Source: a virus | Lineage: Duplodnaviria; Caudoviricetes | Virus record (IMG/VR): IMGVR_UViG_3300017911_000749 | Coordinates: 1 to 32,100 of that record | DNA length: 32,100 bases | Reading direction: 5' to 3' (one strand) | Part shown: in pieces, positions 1 through 7,597 of the stretch | Numbering within the stretch: position 1 is the first letter of the stretch | How the letters are laid out: every line of letters begins with the position of its first letter | Notes under the pieces: generated by a model | The model's input: only the letters and a program-made list of their open reading frames with translations | Database searches by the model: none | Told to the model about the DNA's origin: nothing | Translations under genes and position numbers: made by a program

Positions 1-1274
1 ACTGCTACAACGAATTTATTGTTTGAGTTTGTTATACCCTCTATATATCCACCAGCAGTATTCATCTCTAAATCTCTAGCAATACCACCAGTAGGTAAAA
101 AGTATCTCCACAAATAACTTTCAGATGAACTCTCTTTTATGCCACAGTACACACTATCTCGTGTAACAAACATAAAATGTGGTGTTGGGTCCACACCATC
201 TATAACCCATTCTTTTACTAACTGTCTGTTAGCTAGTATATATAAGTTATCTGCAACTGTAAGTTCTGCTCTATAGAACCTACCAACATCTCTACCTTTT
301 TCTTTTGTACCAAAAAATACTAAACCCTCTGTAGCAGCAATAGAATGTACTTCTTCAAAAGGTATTACTGTTTGTCCTTTAAGTGAATAAACTCCATCAT
401 CTTCTTTTATAGAATAGATATCACCATTAGTAGAAGCTGCAAGAATAACTGCACCACCATCTGTAACTTGTGATATGTGATGTGTGTCCTCAAAACTAAA
501 TAAAGCATCATTATCTTGTAAGTCTGATGAACTCCAGGTCTGACCAAATGGACTAATTGCCCATACTCTTTCAAGTTCTCCATCATCACCAGATATAATC
601 AATACACCTTTTACAAACCATACACCAGTAAGTCCTGCATTAGATGATTGGTCAGTTGTTCTCTCGTGCCAGGTAGTACCATCAAACTCTATAAGTTCTG
701 AACCAGATGTACCATCAGCAGTAGTTAAGAACAGTCTGTTACCTACAGCAGCAATACCAGTAAAGTTGTAATTTATTGTAAGTCCTGTACTTACAGCAGA
801 CCAGGTATCACCATTGTCTGTAGATTTGTATATGACTGCTTGGTCTGTTACATACAAATCACCATTAGTTGTTTGTGCTAAGTAGTTATTGGTGCCACTA
901 AAATTTATACCCTCATCTTGTGTGGTATGTAGTAGATGTACATTGTATGAAGTAACTTCATCTCCATGAAAAACATCTACACCTTTACTATCCCAAAACC
1001 TAGAAAAATCTACTTCTGTTGAGTTCCTTCTATGTGCTTTATCTAAACCACTACCACCAGAGAAATCTGTCCTGGAGTATATTTGACCGAACTCCTGTTG
1101 GAAATCTTCTGGAGTTTCGTTGGTGTTTATAGATTGTGCCTGGAGTTGTGCAGTATTAATACTCATCTGTCGTCCAGGACCAACAGCAAACCTTAGAAAT
1201 AAATCATCTAAGTTAGCTTCAAACCCTTGTGCTTCGGGTTGTGTGGTATTACTTGGTGAAGGTAATACAGCCAT
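1..1274 (-). CDS. Putative tail nozzle / tail tubular protein B-like beta-propeller protein (3' end runs off window)
   Basis: Absent from the ORF track because it has no stop in the window. ATG at 1274 overlaps the upstream TAA; reads MAVLPSPSNTTQPEAQGFEANLDDLFLRF... open to position 1. Beta-rich with an Asp-box KSTDNGDTW; follows capsid and adaptor genes. Confidence 0.65.
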   Translation of the reverse strand, partial: MAVLPSPSNTTQPEAQGFEANLDDLFLRFAVGPGRQMSINTAQLQAQSINTNETPEDFQQEFGQIYSRTDFSGGSGLDKAHRRNSTEVDFSRFWDSKGVDVFHGDEVTSYNVHLLHTTQDEGINFSGTNNYLAQTTNGDLYVTDQAVIYKSTDNGDTWSAVSTGLTINYNFTGIAAVGNRLFLTTADGTSGSELIEFDGTTWHERTTDQSSNAGLTGVWFVKGVLIISGDDGELERVWAISPFGQTWSSSDLQDNDALFSFEDTHHISQVTDGGAVILAASTNGDIYSIKEDDGVYSLKGQTVIPFEEVHSIAATEGLVFFGTKEKGRDVGRFYRAELTVADNLYILANRQLVKEWVIDGVDPTPHFMFVTRDSVYCGIKESSSESYLWRYFLPTGGIARDLEMNTAGGYIEGITNSNNKFVVA

Positions 1275-2176
1275 TATCCACTATAGTTTATGTTCATTAT
1301 TGATACTGGAGCTGGATACAAAGAACGTAAGTTACCTCTAGCTTCATCTATTAATAGTGACCTTAGTCGTAGTAATGCATTCCTTAATCTCTCACCAGAA
1401 CCAACTGGATAATTTTCTGCTGCTAATTTTTCTGTAATAAACTCTTGTGTTGTGGCATCTATATCTGTAGCACCTACAATATCTGCTACTGCACCAACCA
1501 TAACTATTTGCTGGTACTCATCTTCTAACAAACATGTTGTAGATAAATCATCTGTCTCTGCAGATGGTCTTACAAATTTTCTTTTAACAACTAAATAAAC
1601 TGTCTTACCATTAGATGTGTTGTAAAACTGTACAGCTGTATTTGTAGTAGATGGTGGAAAGTTCTTTAACAATTCAATACCAGCTGAAGTGTATTGTTCA
1701 CCACTAGCATTCTGTACATAGGAAGATAATACTTCTACTGTACTTTCAGCTACTTCTTGATATGTAGAGTTTGCTGTAGTTGTAAGTGTTGTTACGTTAT
1801 ATAGAGTTGGATACAGTCTTACAATATTATCTGATACTGCATCAAATACTGATTTACGTGGAAATGTTGGATTAATTGTTATTGTTGCTTCATCTGCGTG
1901 TGCAGCTGCAGTTGTACCAGTATGTCCTCTTGCTATTGTTAATGTTCTAGTAGAAGTGTTAGCTGCTGTAACTAACATAATCTCCTGGTCAACTTCTACT
2001 AAAGCACCATTACCTAATAGGTTCTCTTCTTCTGCAGAAAACAATCCAGCTTCATAAGTTAGTGTTGTTGCTGAATCTGTAATAGCACCATCTAATCTAG
2101 AGAACGCTGCTAAATCATCTGGTTTATTTAAAAAATCTCTGTAGATTCTATCTACTAATGTACTTACTGCTGCCAT
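1274..2176 (-). CDS. Putative head-tail adaptor / tail tubular protein A-like with inserted beta-rich domain
   Basis: 300 aa directly after MCP; helical N- and C-terminal parts flank a virion-type segment (LDGAITDSATTL...IARGHTGTTAAAH). Function inferred from synteny. Confidence 0.55.
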   Translation of the reverse strand: MAAVSTLVDRIYRDFLNKPDDLAAFSRLDGAITDSATTLTYEAGLFSAEEENLLGNGALVEVDQEIMLVTAANTSTRTLTIARGHTGTTAAAHADEATITINPTFPRKSVFDAVSDNIVRLYPTLYNVTTLTTTANSTYQEVAESTVEVLSSYVQNASGEQYTSAGIELLKNFPPSTTNTAVQFYNTSNGKTVYLVVKRKFVRPSAETDDLSTTCLLEDEYQQIVMVGAVADIVGATDIDATTQEFITEKLAAENYPVGSGERLRNALLRLRSLLIDEARGNLRSLYPAPVSIMNINYSG

Positions 2177-2190
2177 ATATCTTATATTAC

Positions 2191-2218
2191 TAGAGGGAGA
2201 AGTATTTATCTCCCTCTA
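2191..2218 (-). terminator. Hairpin after major capsid gene (terminator/attenuator or mRNA 3' stabiliser)
   Basis: Perfect 10-bp stem TAGAGGGAGA/TCTCCCTCTA with 8-nt loop; no clear U-tract. Confidence 0.6.
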
Positions 2219-2242
2219 ATAAATATACTATCTAACTACTTA

Positions 2243-3181
2243 TTAGGAAGTAGATAGGTTTGTAATTTTGCCATGGAATTGCTCTGGACCATATTCCAAA
2301 CCAATCTCTCCATAAACTTGGAACTTGTAAGCTGCTCCAGATTGAGCTAAAGGCTCAACGAAGAAGTGTCCTTTTCCTGGAATATCCAAGAATACTGGCT
2401 TACAGAACGCAAGGTCAGCAATAATGATGTCATCAGCTGGTAAGTGTCTGTCATAAACAATACCGATTTGACCGAAGTCAGTTTCGATTGTTGTTATGTT
2501 TACACCACCAATGCTTCTATCTCTTGGTGCAAGTGATAATGCACTTGAGTAGATTGATGATAATTGTTGCTTTTGGAAAGCGTTAGCAAAGATAACTGGT
2601 TGCTCAAAAGGCGCACCGTTATCTGCCATTGATTTTAACAATGAATCAACTTTAGCTTGGTCTAAGTCAGCTGCAGCTGCTGCAACTTCGTTAGTAGAGA
2701 TAGCTGCAAGCATACCTCTTGTTTTTCTAGCTGTTGATACATCTGTATCTGCAACATAAGTACCTTGCAAGAAAGAGAACTCAATGTCTCTAGCTGCTCT
2801 TTTCATAGCCATATCCAATTGGAAAGCTAATTCATCTTGTACTGGTTGGTTTCCTAAGATGGATTCTCCACTTAAGTTACCTGTTGCTGCTTGTTTTGTA
2901 TATGATACGTTTACACCATACTGCATGATTTGTGTTACGTTAGTAACTTCGCTTCTGCTTCTTTCAGCATATGTTGGGTCTGCACCTTCTACAGCTGCTG
3001 TTTGAGCTGCTGCTGCATTATCAACTGTTTGCCATGTGAATTGCTTAGAAGTAACTGACTTACCTCCAGTCATTCCACCAATAGCAGAAAGGAATGGTGT
3101 ATCGTTTGGAGTTACATTAAATAACTCACCCACGTAATTCGGGAGGTCATAAGAGTCTCCCATTCCGCTTACTGCACCCAT
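2243..3181 (-). CDS. Major capsid protein (HK97 fold, SU10-MCP/DUF5309-like)
   Basis: 312 aa; motifs PNDTPFLSAIG, FTWQTVD, AVEGAD, NVTQIM, ARDIEFSFLQG, ETDFG, GEIGLEY; AGGAG RBS; follows scaffold-like gene. Confidence 0.9.
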   Translation of the reverse strand: MGAVSGMGDSYDLPNYVGELFNVTPNDTPFLSAIGGMTGGKSVTSKQFTWQTVDNAAAAQTAAVEGADPTYAERSRSEVTNVTQIMQYGVNVSYTKQAATGNLSGESILGNQPVQDELAFQLDMAMKRAARDIEFSFLQGTYVADTDVSTARKTRGMLAAISTNEVAAAAADLDQAKVDSLLKSMADNGAPFEQPVIFANAFQKQQLSSIYSSALSLAPRDRSIGGVNITTIETDFGQIGIVYDRHLPADDIIIADLAFCKPVFLDIPGKGHFFVEPLAQSGAAYKFQVYGEIGLEYGPEQFHGKITNLSTS

Positions 3182-3195
3182 TTAAATCTCCTTTA

Positions 3196-3651
3196 CTATT
3201 CTTTTCGGGTTAATGCTTTTAATTTATCTGCTTTGAGATTAGCGCTAGTTTGCCAATCACCATCTGCCTGCGCTTGAGCAATCTGGTCATCTAATGAAAC
3301 TGGCTCTACAGGAACTGATGCTTCAATAACAGTGTCTAAATTGTCTTGACTAGAAACAACTCTTTGTCGCTGCAATTCTTCTTGGGTTGGTTCAGCTGGT
3401 GCATCTCCCCATCCATATTCAGATGCGAATTGTTTAATTGCGTCAGCTTGTAACTCACCTTTATACAAGTCTTTTAATGCTTTACCTGGACCAGTAGTTG
3501 GGTCAAAGCCAGCATCTTTGATAGCGTTAGCCATCTGTACTGATTTATATTCCTTCTCTATTGATTCAAGTTCTTTAATGCGTTCACGCATTTGCTTGAT
3601 AGCATTATTATCTTGTGTCTCTTCCACTGTATTCTCTACTTCGTTTTCCAT
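3196..3651 (-). CDS. Capsid scaffolding protein
   Basis: 151 aa, acidic, coiled-coil N-terminus, basic C-terminal helix, directly upstream of MCP; GGAGTAGGAG RBS. Confidence 0.7.
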   Translation of the reverse strand: MENEVENTVEETQDNNAIKQMRERIKELESIEKEYKSVQMANAIKDAGFDPTTGPGKALKDLYKGELQADAIKQFASEYGWGDAPAEPTQEELQRQRVVSSQDNLDTVIEASVPVEPVSLDDQIAQAQADGDWQTSANLKADKLKALTRKE

Positions 3652-3860
3652 TTATATCTCCTACTCCAAGTAATACTATTAACTGCATCATCCTTGGGTT
3701 TATGATGCGATAGGCGACAAAAAAATAATTAAGAATAACGAAAATTGCCAGCCACTTTAGGCTATTCAGATACTAGGCGAATTTAATACGCAGCTTACAC
3801 GCCAGATATAAGCTGGAGAGTGCAGCATCCATTTATAATCGGAGACGTCCGCAATCCGAT
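3652..3860 (-). promoter_or_regulatory. Structured 5' leader of scaffold/capsid operon
   Basis: Minus-strand TATAAT at 3867-3872; stems ATCGGA/TCCGAT (3838-3860), CCAG/CTGG and GCATCAT/ATGATGC (3685-3708); no ORF of note. Confidence 0.55.
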
Positions 3861-3879
3861 AATATAATTATATACTATA

Positions 3880-3972
3880 AAAATAAAATAGTGGGTTTTT
3901 TACACCCACTATTTTTATATTACGTACACGAAAGGAAGGTTATATCTAGTCCATTGCTGGAAAAGAATCCTT
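3880..3972 (-). ncRNA. Candidate small RNA carrying anti-RBS sequence ACCUUCCUUU
   Basis: Extended -10 TGTTATAAT at 3979-3987 (minus), ~90 nt with no convincing ORF, ends in terminator 3885-3915; contains a CCA-GCAA-UGG tetraloop hairpin. Confidence 0.55.
3885..3915. terminator. Intrinsic terminator, potentially bidirectional
   Basis: AAAATAGTGGGT/ACCCACTATTTT inverted repeat with T-runs on both strands. Confidence 0.8.
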
Positions 3973-3999
3973 AAAAAAATTATAACACAAAAAAAAACA

Positions 4000-4028
4000 T
4001 GTAACCTTTTTTTTATCACGTAGTCTAA
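4000..4028 (+). promoter_or_regulatory. ECF-sigma-type promoter motif copy 1
   Basis: TGTAACC-N16-GTCTAA, 26 nt before ATG 4055. Confidence 0.7.
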
Positions 4029-4054
4029 TTAGTGTAAGCGACAGAGAGGAAAAC

Positions 4055-4180
4055 ATGTACGGTGCATTTGATACTGTTGAAGAGTATGAAGCATTTGTAA
4101 AAGATGGTGACTGGTTTATAGATACAGAATCACCAGAGTATTGGAAGCAATTAATTGAGAATGCGAAGGAGGGTAAGTAA
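4055..4180 (+). CDS. Small acidic hypothetical protein (41 aa)
   Basis: MYGAFDTVEEYEAFVKDGDWFIDTESPEYWKQLIENAKEGK; GAGGA RBS; TAATG coupling to next gene. Confidence 0.7.
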   Translation: MYGAFDTVEEYEAFVKDGDWFIDTESPEYWKQLIENAKEGK

Positions 4181-4557
4181 TGGCTAAATATAAAGAGTTT
4201 GATAAAGGTGATTTATCTAAAAACGAATTACTAAAAGATAACTCGTATAACGATATTACTTATTCTATATTGGGTCACCAGCTTGATACAATCTGGTGGA
4301 AGCAAATTAACCATGAGAAGCTATCTACTGGTGAAGTTGGTAGCGGTTATCAAATTGATTTTGTAGATGGGACTCAGCTTAAGTTATCTACCTTACAGTT
4401 ATTCAGTATTATCAATGATTTTGACTTGACAAATATTGAAACTCATAGATGGACATTACATGAGCTAGATGCTGATACATGGAAGGGTAAAGTAAGAGAA
4501 GAAGAATTTTACATAGATGTTCATGATTCCAAAGTGTATGTAATGGAGGAAGAATAA
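4180..4557 (+). CDS. Hypothetical protein (125 aa)
   Basis: ORF track; AGGAGG RBS; coupled on both sides. Confidence 0.8.
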   Translation: MAKYKEFDKGDLSKNELLKDNSYNDITYSILGHQLDTIWWKQINHEKLSTGEVGSGYQIDFVDGTQLKLSTLQLFSIINDFDLTNIETHRWTLHELDADTWKGKVREEEFYIDVHDSKVYVMEEE

Positions 4558-4706
4558 TGTCTTGGTTTATTAATATAGATAATCTAGTTGTTGACATAGA
4601 GAACATTGAGGACTTACAAGATATGAGACGAGTCTTTTATGTAGCTTCTAAGAAACTAGGAGAGTTACAATATATAGATAAATACGAAAGGAGACATAAT
4701 GTTTAG
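4557..4706 (+). CDS. Small hypothetical protein (49 aa)
   Basis: MSWFINIDNLVVDIENIEDLQDMRRVF...; GGAGG RBS; TAATG overlap. Confidence 0.65.
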   Translation: MSWFINIDNLVVDIENIEDLQDMRRVFYVASKKLGELQYIDKYERRHNV

Positions 4707-4836
4707 TTGGCAGGGACTAATATTATTCTTAGGTGCATGTTACGGTATCTACTTGACAGGAGTTCTGTTAAGAGAACTAACTAACGATGCTAAAGAATCT
4801 ATTGCTATCTGGTTAGACGATAGAAAAAACAAATAG
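4699..4836 (+). CDS. Small single-TM membrane protein (45 aa)
   Basis: MFSWQGLILFLGACYGIYLTGVLLREL...; AAGGAG RBS; hydrophobic N-terminal helix. Confidence 0.65.
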   Translation: MFSWQGLILFLGACYGIYLTGVLLRELTNDAKESIAIWLDDRKNK

Positions 4837-4842
4837 TTTAAA

Positions 4843-4886
4843 GCAAAGCCCCGACTGTTTTTGTGTTTTCCAGTTGGGGTTTTTGC
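4843..4886. terminator. Bidirectional intrinsic terminator between convergent genes
   Basis: GCCCCGACTG/CAGTTGGGGT stem followed by TTTT, preceded by A-rich run. Confidence 0.75.
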
Positions 4887-5716
4887 TATTGTTCCTGGAT
4901 ACCAGTAACTCTAGAACCTCTTCTAGCTGCACCAGCAACTGGAGAGAATAAAGACCTCTCTTCTTCTTCTAATCTTTGAATGTTAGCTAACACGTCTGGG
5001 TCCTGGAATACAACAGCTTGTGTAAATTCTTCTAAGCCAATTCTCTCTTCAGTTTCTAAACCTCTTCTAGCTTGTAGTTCTTGTAGTCTAGGTAAGTCTC
5101 TTGAAGCTGCAGTATATAATTGTCTAGCTTGTTGCTGTGTTAATCCAGCTTTTCTTAATCCTTCTGCTTCTGTTCTTGTTATAGCAAAGCCAGCTCTTGC
5201 AGCTTCACCACCAATTTGTGCAGCAGTAATTCTACCTTCAATAATCTCTTCACCTATTGAAGGGTCCAATGCTCCCATGAATATAGCTTCTGGTGTTAAG
5301 TCAACATTGTAGTTTGTAGAGAAAAAGTTTTGTACTCCTTGAATGTTATCTACAATACCTTCATATGCTGCGCTTACTCTTTGTTGAAACTCTCTAGCAG
5401 ATACTTCACCTTCTAATAAACTTACAAATCTATCTGCTAATAATACTCTTGATGTTTGTTCTGGTATTCCATACTCCTGGAGTGTCCCAATATAAGATTG
5501 CTCTAACGCTTTATAAGTATTCTCGTTATACCTAACTTGTCCAGTAGCTGGATTATAGTTACCTGGAAACTCTGTTCTGTACTCTTCTGTCTGCCTAACT
5601 TCTTGTATAGCAGTAGTAGGATTACCAGACTTTGCCCATTCGGTTGCAAATAAATTAAGCAGCTCTGGTGACAGTTGTGGATATAAAGATTGTGCTTCTT
5701 CTAAATACGTAGCCAT
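4886..5716 (-). CDS. Putative internal virion/ejection protein (276 aa)
   Basis: Helical Ala/Gln/Glu-rich protein coupled to upstream gene in late operon; function from context. Confidence 0.5.
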   Translation of the reverse strand: MATYLEEAQSLYPQLSPELLNLFATEWAKSGNPTTAIQEVRQTEEYRTEFPGNYNPATGQVRYNENTYKALEQSYIGTLQEYGIPEQTSRVLLADRFVSLLEGEVSAREFQQRVSAAYEGIVDNIQGVQNFFSTNYNVDLTPEAIFMGALDPSIGEEIIEGRITAAQIGGEAARAGFAITRTEAEGLRKAGLTQQQARQLYTAASRDLPRLQELQARRGLETEERIGLEEFTQAVVFQDPDVLANIQRLEEEERSLFSPVAGAARRGSRVTGIQEQ

Positions 5717-7566
5717 TATTGATTAACTCCTAAGTTTGTTTCTACAGAACCAGCAGCTCCACCTAGTGCTTGCTGCAGCGCTTGTGTAGCTTCTACTGTA
5801 ACTTGTGATATGTTTTGTTCTAAACCTTTACTTCTAAGTATCTCTTGTCCTTGTTCATAATTGTTAGTAGCTACCATATCTTGCCACCAACCTTGTGTCT
5901 CATCAGCTTCTTGACCCCACATACTTCTAGTCATGCCACGCCAAGGTGCAGCAATGTCATCATATGTAAGTTCTGGATTAGTGTAATTAGGAAACAAAGC
6001 TAATCTAGATTGCTTCAAACTATCAATTAATGCTTGCTCATAGTCTGGATTGTTTCTCATTCTTCCAGCCTTCTCTGATACTTCTGTATCTGTTAAGCTG
6101 CCAAAGATTGGTCCAAGATATTGTGTATATAGTTTCTTAACTCTATCTTCTTGTTCAGCACTTCTATCTAGTCCACCAAGTCCAGCTGTATTTATGTATG
6201 AAGTAAAGTCTGCATCTCTTACACCAGTTCTAAATGGGTCTGCAAATAAAGCTAACTGTTCTGTTGTATATGCTTCGGACCATTGTCCAGATACCCACTT
6301 GTTTGCTATCCATGCAGATAACGCATCTGGTGCGCCTAACTCTTGATTTGTTTCTGGGTCATATCCACCAGATACACCAGCAGCTTTTAGTGCAGATGCT
6401 ACTTGTATCTTGTAGTCATTAGCTTTTTGTCTAGCTGTGCCTGGGTCTTTGTAGTATTCTCTTAGCCAATTACGTTCTGATTCTGTATGTGTCTTGTACC
6501 AATTAGTACCAAACCATTCTGATTCAGTTACATCTCTGTTTTCTAACGCAGCTTCAGCTAATACTTTTACTGAATCTGGGTCTAATAACCAAGGTTGTAT
6601 AGTTGCTTCTTGTGCTAAGTTCTCTGCAAAAGAAGTAAACGGATGTAGTGGTTGACCATCTGGACCATTAGCTGGAAGGTCTGCGCTATTACCAGCTATC
6701 ACTCCCATCAAATCTAAATCATCATTACTTAACATTGCATTGATATAGTAATCTTGTCCTGGTGTTACAATTCCAGCTTTGATTGGGTCATTGTATCGTA
6801 CTTCATAAAACATAAATATTGTGCTGCCTTCATATAACTCACCAGCTCCAGGGACTGCATATCTTAAATACAACTGTCCTTCTACATCTACTAAATCAGC
6901 ACCATCTGGAATATTGTTAAAGACATTTTTATTAGGATTCATACCTCGTTCACCTGGAGGTGGTTCACCTCCTCCACCACCACCTGTTTCTCCACCTGTT
7001 TCTCCACCTGTTTCTCCACCTGTTTCTCCACCAGTTTCTCCACCAGTAACAACCTTATCTACAACTGATTCTATATACTTTGTTTCTTCTTCTATCTGTC
7101 CTCTAAGGTCTATAGCTTCTTGAGACTCTACACCAGCAACTAAATCTGCTGCTCCTGGTATCAACAATTCTGTATCTTGTTTAAAATCTACTTCACCAAG
7201 TATTCCAGTCTCTACATAATTTCTAATATATTCTGTTTCTTTTTCTTCTAATGTTCTGACATCTACATTTGCAGGCGGATTTGCTTTCATCTTTGCAAAT
7301 TCCAACGCCTTCTTTACAGCTGTTTCATCATTTAATAATCTTTTAGCTTGTGCAAATGTAGGAGGAGGAGTAACTTCTTTCACTGCAGAAGCTAATGCAG
7401 CATCTACTTGCGGTGCTGGCTCACTAGCACTATCAATAATGCTTTTAATAATTGCTTCTGATAAATCTAATTTTCTAGTTAATGCAAATATTTGAGAACC
7501 AGTTAACTTATTTTTTTTAGCGTACTCTCTTAAATCAGCAATACTTTGTATATCGTTATAATCCAT
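5716..7566 (-). CDS. Putative internal virion protein (616 aa) with (GGET)n linker
   Basis: Long ORF, AAGGA RBS; Gly-rich linker separates two regions. Confidence 0.5.
   Translation of the reverse strand: MDYNDIQSIADLREYAKKNKLTGSQIFALTRKLDLSEAIIKSIIDSASEPAPQVDAALASAVKEVTPPPTFAQAKRLLNDETAVKKALEFAKMKANPPANVDVRTLEEKETEYIRNYVETGILGEVDFKQDTELLIPGAADLVAGVESQEAIDLRGQIEEETKYIESVVDKVVTGGETGGETGGETGGETGGETGGGGGGEPPPGERGMNPNKNVFNNIPDGADLVDVEGQLYLRYAVPGAGELYEGSTIFMFYEVRYNDPIKAGIVTPGQDYYINAMLSNDDLDLMGVIAGNSADLPANGPDGQPLHPFTSFAENLAQEATIQPWLLDPDSVKVLAEAALENRDVTESEWFGTNWYKTHTESERNWLREYYKDPGTARQKANDYKIQVASALKAAGVSGGYDPETNQELGAPDALSAWIANKWVSGQWSEAYTTEQLALFADPFRTGVRDADFTSYINTAGLGGLDRSAEQEDRVKKLYTQYLGPIFGSLTDTEVSEKAGRMRNNPDYEQALIDSLKQSRLALFPNYTNPELTYDDIAAPWRGMTRSMWGQEADETQGWWQDMVATNNYEQGQEILRSKGLEQNISQVTVEATQALQQALGGAAGSVETNLGVNQ
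6980..7047. repeat. 12-bp coding tandem repeat (CCACCWGTTTCT, five full copies plus a partial) encoding TGGE
   Basis: Directly visible. Confidence 0.95.
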
Positions 7567-7597
7567 TAAGTTCTTTCCTTAATTTATTGTACTTCAT

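Noticed and set aside
4858-4870. Terminator loop complementary to AAAACACAAAA at the kinase 5' end and to 3984-3993
   Set aside because: Low-complexity match likely by chance in an AT-rich genome.
6980-7047. CRISPR-like array
   Set aside because: Contiguous 12-bp coding repeats without spacers.
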